From Candidatus Phoenicimicrobium oleiphilum (GTDB lineage: Bacteria; Atribacterota; Phoenicimicrobiia; Phoenicimicrobiales; Phoenicimicrobiaceae): 11,445 nucleotides of DNA. This document shows, in pieces, positions 7,416-11,445 of the stretch. The stretch covers positions 1-11,445 of the forward strand of contig JBDIWJ010000047.1 of NCBI GenBank assembly GCA_039638295.1. The letters run 5' to 3'. The position numbers were made by a program, and so were the translations under genes. Every line of letters starts with the position of its first letter. The stretch's first letter is position 1. Under the pieces are notes generated by a model that saw only the letters and a program-made list of their open reading frames with translations, made no database searches and had not been told where the DNA came from.

Positions 7416-8723
7416 ATGCACAAGAGCAAAAAGGTAGAGGAATTTAATTTAAATATCAAATCCAAAGATATAGATCCCGGGGCTTTATATATAATGAATA
7501 AACTAAATGATTCAGGTTACGCAGCATTTGTGGTAGGAGGATGTATTCGTAATCTAATAATGAGAGAATGTATCCAGGATTGGGATATAACTACTAATGC
7601 TACCGTGGAGGAAATTATCGGGGTTTTTAGAGATTATAAAGTTGTCCCTATGGGTAAGAGATTTGGAACTCTTACTATAGTTATAAATCATATCAATTAT
7701 GAAGTAAGTACCTTTAAAAAGGGCAAGTCTTTGGCTGAACCACCCACCTTATTTGAGGACTTAAGACACAGGGATTTTACTATTAATGCCTTAGCCTGGA
7801 GAGAAGAGGAAGGCTTAATCGATTATTTTAACGGAGTAGAGGATATTAAACGAAAGATAATAAAGGGAGTTGAAGAGCCAGCCAAAAGGATAAAAGAAGA
7901 TCCATTAAGAATGTTTAGGGCAATTAGATTGGCTTGTGAACTGGAGTTTGAAATAGACAGAATCACTTTGCAAGCGATAGAAGATAATAGCTCATTGATT
8001 AAAAAAGTTAGTTTAGAGAGGATTAGGGATGAGCTGATTAAAATACTAATAAGTAACTTTCCTAAAAAGGGTTTCCAATTATTACAGCAATTGGGTTTAC
8101 TGAAATATATTTTCCCCGAGTTAGAATCAACTGTGGGATTTTATGTTGAAAGTAACCATAAAGAGGAAGATTTATTTAGTTATATTTTAGATATATTGGA
8201 CAATCTTCCTCCAGACTTAGTTCTTCGATTATCCATCCTGCTTTATGGTGTGAAGAAATTAACAGCTTCTTATTCTAAAAAAGAAATTGCCAATAAAATA
8301 TTATACCGCTTGAGGTTTAAGAATTCTTTAATTAAGAGAGTAAATGTTCTGATTCGGGAGGATTGGCGGAAAGCCGATTTTTCCTCCAGAAGAAATATCA
8401 GACGACTTATTTCCCAGCTTGGCGAGGAAAATGTTCTAAGTATTTTAGAATTTAAAAAAGCCCACTTTAAAGTGAGGAAAGATGCTGATAAACTTAGGCA
8501 GTTGGGGAAAATAGAAAAAGAAATCAGAGAAGTTTTGCAAGAAAGACCTCCTCTATCCTTAAAGGATTTAGCCATTAACGGCAAGGATTTAATTAATTTA
8601 GGATTTCAAGAAGGGAAAGTGATAGGAGAGATTCTGAGGATACTTTTAGATATAGTTATTAATAAATCTGAGTTAAATAAAAGAGAGATCTTGTTGGAAC
8701 TTGCCAAGGAACAGAAGAAATAA
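7416..8723 (+). CDS. cca: Class II tRNA nucleotidyltransferase (CCA family; likely CC-adding type)
   Basis: AFVVGGCIRN..QDWDITT (catalytic DxD), GKRFGT, EVSTF, EDLRHRDFTINA, LIDYFNGVEDI, EDPLRMFRAIR (templating motif), VSLERIRDELIK, and C-terminal LAINGKDLINLGFQEGKVIGEIL. Confidence 0.9.
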   Translation: MHKSKKVEEFNLNIKSKDIDPGALYIMNKLNDSGYAAFVVGGCIRNLIMRECIQDWDITTNATVEEIIGVFRDYKVVPMGKRFGTLTIVINHINYEVSTFKKGKSLAEPPTLFEDLRHRDFTINALAWREEEGLIDYFNGVEDIKRKIIKGVEEPAKRIKEDPLRMFRAIRLACELEFEIDRITLQAIEDNSSLIKKVSLERIRDELIKILISNFPKKGFQLLQQLGLLKYIFPELESTVGFYVESNHKEEDLFSYILDILDNLPPDLVLRLSILLYGVKKLTASYSKKEIANKILYRLRFKNSLIKRVNVLIREDWRKADFSSRRNIRRLISQLGEENVLSILEFKKAHFKVRKDADKLRQLGKIEKEIREVLQERPPLSLKDLAINGKDLINLGFQEGKVIGEILRILLDIVINKSELNKREILLELAKEQKK

Positions 8724-8779
8724 TTTTTTAAAAATAAAATATTTGTGATAAATTTTCTTAAGAGAAGAGGATAAACTAA

Positions 8780-9040
8780 ATGAGTATATTTGAAGCTATT
8801 ATGTTGCTCTGTTTTGGGGCAGCTTGGCCGTTTTCTATTTACAAGTCATATACTTCAAGAAGCAATAAAGGCAAAAGTTTATTTTTTTTATTAATTGTGC
8901 TTACAGGGTATTTTTCAGGTATATTACACAAATTAATTTATAATTTTGATTCAGTAATTTACCTGTATATGCTAAATTTTTGTTTAGTGTTTACTGATAT
9001 AATTTTATACTTTAGAAATAAAAGAGTAAATAAAAATTAA
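8780..9040 (+). CDS. Small three-helix membrane protein, PQ-loop/SemiSWEET-like topology
   Basis: 86 aa with three hydrophobic segments and the pattern CFGAAWPFSIYKSYTSRSNKGKS between TM1 and TM2; RBS GAGG upstream. The family call is from resemblance only. Confidence 0.6.
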   Translation: MSIFEAIMLLCFGAAWPFSIYKSYTSRSNKGKSLFFLLIVLTGYFSGILHKLIYNFDSVIYLYMLNFCLVFTDIILYFRNKRVNKN

Positions 9041-9108
9041 TTTAATTATAGTTTTGATTTCCATAAATTTTTTAAAGTAAAATAAAAGCACAAGGAGGAT
9101 AGATAATT

Positions 9109-11010
9109 ATGCCATATGCCTATACTGGAAACATTCTACATATAGATTTAAGTTCAAGAAAACACTGGATAGAACATCCCCCCGAGACCTTCTACCGTAC
9201 TTACTGGGGAGGTAGAGCTTTAGCCCTCTATTATATGTTAAAAGAGATGAAACTTCATACTGATCCCTTATCTCCTAATAACCTACTCATCTTTGCCCCT
9301 GGTGTTCTGACTGGTACACCTGCCCCAGCTATGCCTCGTTACACCGTATGTGCTAAATCCCCTTTAACCGGGGCCGAAGGAGAAGCTGAAGCTGGAGGTT
9401 GGTGGGGACCAGAATTAAAGAAGGCTGGTTTTGATGCCCTTATCATAAGAGGTGCCTCTTCCACCCCAGTCTATTTATGGATTAATGATGGTAAGGTAGA
9501 GATAAAAGATGCTACCCACCTCTGGGGTAAAGATACTGGAGAAACCCAGAAAATAATCAGAGAAGAATTAGCCGATGATAAAGTAAGGATTGCCCAGATC
9601 GGTCCTGCCGGAGAAAACTTAGTCCGCTTTGCCAATATTGTCAATGAACTGAAACACTTTAATGGCAGAAATGGCCTGGGCGCAGTGATGGGTTCTAAGA
9701 AACTCAAAGCCATTGCCGTAAGAGGAACTAAAACCCTAGACCTCTATGATAAGGAGAAAGTAAGTCAGATAACTAAAAATATTACCCAAAGAGTTATGGA
9801 TAATCCCTTAAGCAGAGATCTTCGAAACTTAGGTACCCCTGGAGTAGTTCGTGGTTTTTACGAAGCAGGATGTCTACCCTCTTACAACTGGACAACTGGC
9901 TATTTTAAAGAAGGAGAAAATCTCACTGCTGAGACCTACAATAGAACTATTCTAAAGAAGGCGGTAGGTTGTTATGCCTGCCCCATCCGTTGTAAAAGAG
10001 TAGCACAGATAAATGAACCAAATCTTAAAGTTGACCCTACCTACGGAGGTCCCGAATATGAAACCATCGCCTCTTTAGGCTCTATTTGTGGTATCTCTGA
10101 TTTAAAATACATTGCTAAAGCCAATGAACTATGTAACAAATATACTATGGATACCATCTCTACTGGTATGACCATCGCCTTTGCCATGCAATGCTACCAA
10201 GAAGGACTCCTTACCAAAGAAGACACCGAAGGGATAGAACTTACCTTTGGTAACAAAGAAGCCCCCCTTATTCTAATCGAAAAGATTGCTTATCGAGAGG
10301 GATTGGGAGACCTCTTAGCCGAAGGGTCTTATTTAGCCTCCCAAAAAATCGGCAGAGGAACAGAGAAGTTTATCCACCAGGTAAAAAGACAAGAGATTCC
10401 TATGCATGACCCCCGAGTAAAGACGGGAGTAGGTCTACAGTATGCCCTCTCTGATTACGGGGCAGACCACATGAAGGCCCCCCATGATCCTTTCTTTAAA
10501 GACCAGGATTCCCCTGGCTTAAAAGAAATGAGTGGACTGGGTATCTTAGAACCCCTATCACCTACTGATCTAGGAGAGAAGAAAGTAGCTCTCTTTAAAT
10601 TACTGGATATCTACTGGAGTGTATTTGATGTCTTAGGAGTCTGTGACTTTGGTTATGTCCCCCGTAGTGTAGGGACTATGGATGAACTCTTAGAGATTAT
10701 TTGTTCTGCTACCTCCTGGAGGACTACCTGGTTTGAGCTGATGAAATTAGGAGAGCGTTCCATCAATATGGCCCGTATCTTTAACTATCGAGAAGGATTT
10801 ACTTCCCAGAATGATACCCTACCCGAGGTCTTCTTTCACAACTTTAAAAACGGTCCTTTAAGTGGTAAGGGCGCTATCAATAAAGATGATTTCCAGAAGG
10901 CCATAAGATTACGCTATCAGCTGATGGGCTGGAATCCCGATACCGGAATTCCTACACCGGCCAAACTACTCGAATTAGGGCTTGATTGGCTGGTTGAGGA
11001 GGTCAGATGA
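9109..11010 (+). CDS. Aldehyde:ferredoxin oxidoreductase family protein (tungstopterin, [4Fe-4S])
   Basis: YTGNILHIDLS, AKSPLTG, GGWWGPELKKAGFDALIIRG, IGPAGENLV, GRNGLGAVMGSKKLKAI, GCYACPIRC (three cluster Cys), GPEYET, MDTIS, GADH, LGVCDF (fourth Cys). RBS AAGGAGG. Confidence 0.95.
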   Translation: MPYAYTGNILHIDLSSRKHWIEHPPETFYRTYWGGRALALYYMLKEMKLHTDPLSPNNLLIFAPGVLTGTPAPAMPRYTVCAKSPLTGAEGEAEAGGWWGPELKKAGFDALIIRGASSTPVYLWINDGKVEIKDATHLWGKDTGETQKIIREELADDKVRIAQIGPAGENLVRFANIVNELKHFNGRNGLGAVMGSKKLKAIAVRGTKTLDLYDKEKVSQITKNITQRVMDNPLSRDLRNLGTPGVVRGFYEAGCLPSYNWTTGYFKEGENLTAETYNRTILKKAVGCYACPIRCKRVAQINEPNLKVDPTYGGPEYETIASLGSICGISDLKYIAKANELCNKYTMDTISTGMTIAFAMQCYQEGLLTKEDTEGIELTFGNKEAPLILIEKIAYREGLGDLLAEGSYLASQKIGRGTEKFIHQVKRQEIPMHDPRVKTGVGLQYALSDYGADHMKAPHDPFFKDQDSPGLKEMSGLGILEPLSPTDLGEKKVALFKLLDIYWSVFDVLGVCDFGYVPRSVGTMDELLEIICSATSWRTTWFELMKLGERSINMARIFNYREGFTSQNDTLPEVFFHNFKNGPLSGKGAINKDDFQKAIRLRYQLMGWNPDTGIPTPAKLLELGLDWLVEEVR

Positions 11011-11237
11011 TGAAGATAACCTTAATGCTGGAAGGATATTTAAAGTATAAATATTCTTCCAGCCCTATAGAATTACACTATCTCAAACCAGTAACTATCC
11101 GTCAAGTATTGAAGGATGCAAATATTTCTCCTGCTGATGTATTTTTTATCAAGGTAGGAGATAAAATCGTCAAAGAAGATTATCTACTTACTTCCTCTAC
11201 CACGATAAAATTATTTCCCATTATCGGTGGGGGGTAG
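11007..11237 (+). CDS. MoaD/ThiS-family sulfur carrier protein
   Basis: 76-aa beta-grasp-sized protein ending FPIIGGG (C-terminal di-glycine). It overlaps the AOR stop (ATGA) and has RBS GAGGAGG. aor-moaD linkage is a known arrangement. Confidence 0.88.
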   Translation: MMKITLMLEGYLKYKYSSSPIELHYLKPVTIRQVLKDANISPADVFFIKVGDKIVKEDYLLTSSTTIKLFPIIGGG

Positions 11238-11445
11238 AGAGTTGTTTTCTTAAGAGATTCTGAACCGCTCTGGCAGTAAAGAAAAAATAGGGGAATTCTC
11301 TAAAAGTATAGACCTTAGATTGTCTTACTATTTCTTCCTCTTCTTTTAACTTTTTGTTTAGCTTACCCTTCAAAGGTCTCATTTTTTCTCCAATAAAATT
11401 ATTTATAGCTTTAATCTCTTCAGAAATTTCCCATTTTTCGATAGG
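11221..11445 (-). CDS. 3' end of a convergent hypothetical protein (truncated by the window edge)
   Basis: Manual translation of the minus strand from 11445 gives 74 sense codons, PIEKWEISEEIKAINNFIGEKMRPLKGKLNKKLKEEEEIVRQSKVYTFREFPYFFFTARAVQNLLRKQLSTPHR, then TAA at 11223-11221. Its purine-rich coding composition resembles the other genes. Confidence 0.65.
   Translation of the reverse strand, partial: PIEKWEISEEIKAINNFIGEKMRPLKGKLNKKLKEEEEIVRQSKVYTFREFPYFFFTARAVQNLLRKQLSTPHR

Noticed and set aside
8270..9713. Antisense ORFs 8270-8584 and 9471-9713
   Set aside because: They are shadows of the nucleotidyltransferase and AOR genes.
1..11445. A defence or RNA-repair system made of the HD hydrolase, beta-CASP nuclease and nucleotidyltransferase; also CRISPR, tRNA or rRNA genes
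   Set aside because: These genes are ordinary housekeeping families separated by unrelated genes and terminators. No repeat-spacer array, cloverleaf or rRNA-like sequence was seen.

Overview
AT-rich bacterial chromosomal window, probably from an anaerobe because it carries a tungsten AOR-family gene. It is mostly housekeeping and stress genes. On the + strand: a 5'-truncated DUF401-like membrane protein, an HD-domain phosphohydrolase, threonine synthase and an MBL/beta-CASP nuclease ending at a strong hairpin. Converging on the - strand is a marR-trxA-hsp20 operon with a perfect TTGACA-17-TATAAT promoter and a double-palindrome operator; hsp20 itself is bracketed by a perfect 12-bp inverted repeat. 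Next come a 142-bp CTAG-bounded palindromic MITE/REP-doublet element, an rlmD remnant (N-terminal TRAM start joined out of frame to the C-terminal DMFPQTGHIE motif), and a class II tRNA nucleotidyltransferase with a shortened flexible loop (CC-adding type) and a decayed HD domain. The window ends with a small 3-TM protein, an aldehyde:ferredoxin oxidoreductase + MoaD/ThiS pair with distinct base composition, and the 3' end of a convergent gene missed by the ORF track. No CRISPR array, rRNA, tRNA, integrase or transposase was seen. All family assignments are from motif recognition by eye, not database searches.
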